In this document: piece by piece, positions 63,976-64,000 of the stretch | Position numbering within the stretch: position 1 is the first letter of the stretch | Layout: each line of letters begins with the position of its first letter | From: an uncultured virus (IMG/VR IMGVR_UViG_3300009605_000001) | Taxonomy: Duplodnaviria; Heunggongvirae; Uroviricota; Caudoviricetes | Virus record (IMG/VR): IMGVR_UViG_3300009605_000001 | Direction: 5' to 3' (one strand) | Length of the DNA: 64,000 bases | Made by a program: the position numbers and the translations under genes | Notes under the pieces: model-generated | Seen by the model: the letters and a program-made list of their open reading frames with translations, nothing else | What the model was told of the DNA's origin: nothing | Database searches by the model: none

Positions 63976-64000
63976 TTCATATTCTTTTTGTAGCCACGAA

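Noticed and set aside
1..64000. Integrase, repressor, large terminase, introns or inteins
   Set aside because: None recognisable in the window; Pol A, RNR, helicase and RNAP-1 are uninterrupted and of normal or short length; the large terminase presumably lies outside the window

Overview
This window is part of a lytic T7-like (Autographiviridae-type) podophage genome. Almost every gene is on the minus strand, and the window appears circularly permuted. In transcription order (high to low coordinates) it contains: (1) putative internal-virion/ejection genes, ending in a giant 5359-aa protein; (2) a probable genome start near 41.9 kb; (3) a GC-richer early region encoding a short, divergent single-subunit RNA polymerase; (4) a roughly 1.8-kb mostly non-coding stretch rich in structured RNAs; (5) small early genes and two tRNAs; (6) a canonical T7-type RNAP; (7) replication and nucleotide genes (SSB, RusA, primase-helicase, sulfotransferase-like protein, Pol A, dNMP kinase, exonuclease, class II RNR); (8) portal, scaffold, capsid, tail tubes A/B, tailspike and small terminase. 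The most striking feature is three T7-family RNAP homologs in one genome: a canonical enzyme, a truncated early enzyme, and an RNAP-like domain inside the giant protein, which also carries a DEDDy exonuclease domain and a zincin-like motif. There are also three C(GGA)G triloop hairpins resembling N4 virion-RNAP promoters, and a 79-nt tmRNA tRNA-like-domain-only RNA with alanine identity elements. All calls come from reading motifs by eye. No searches were run.
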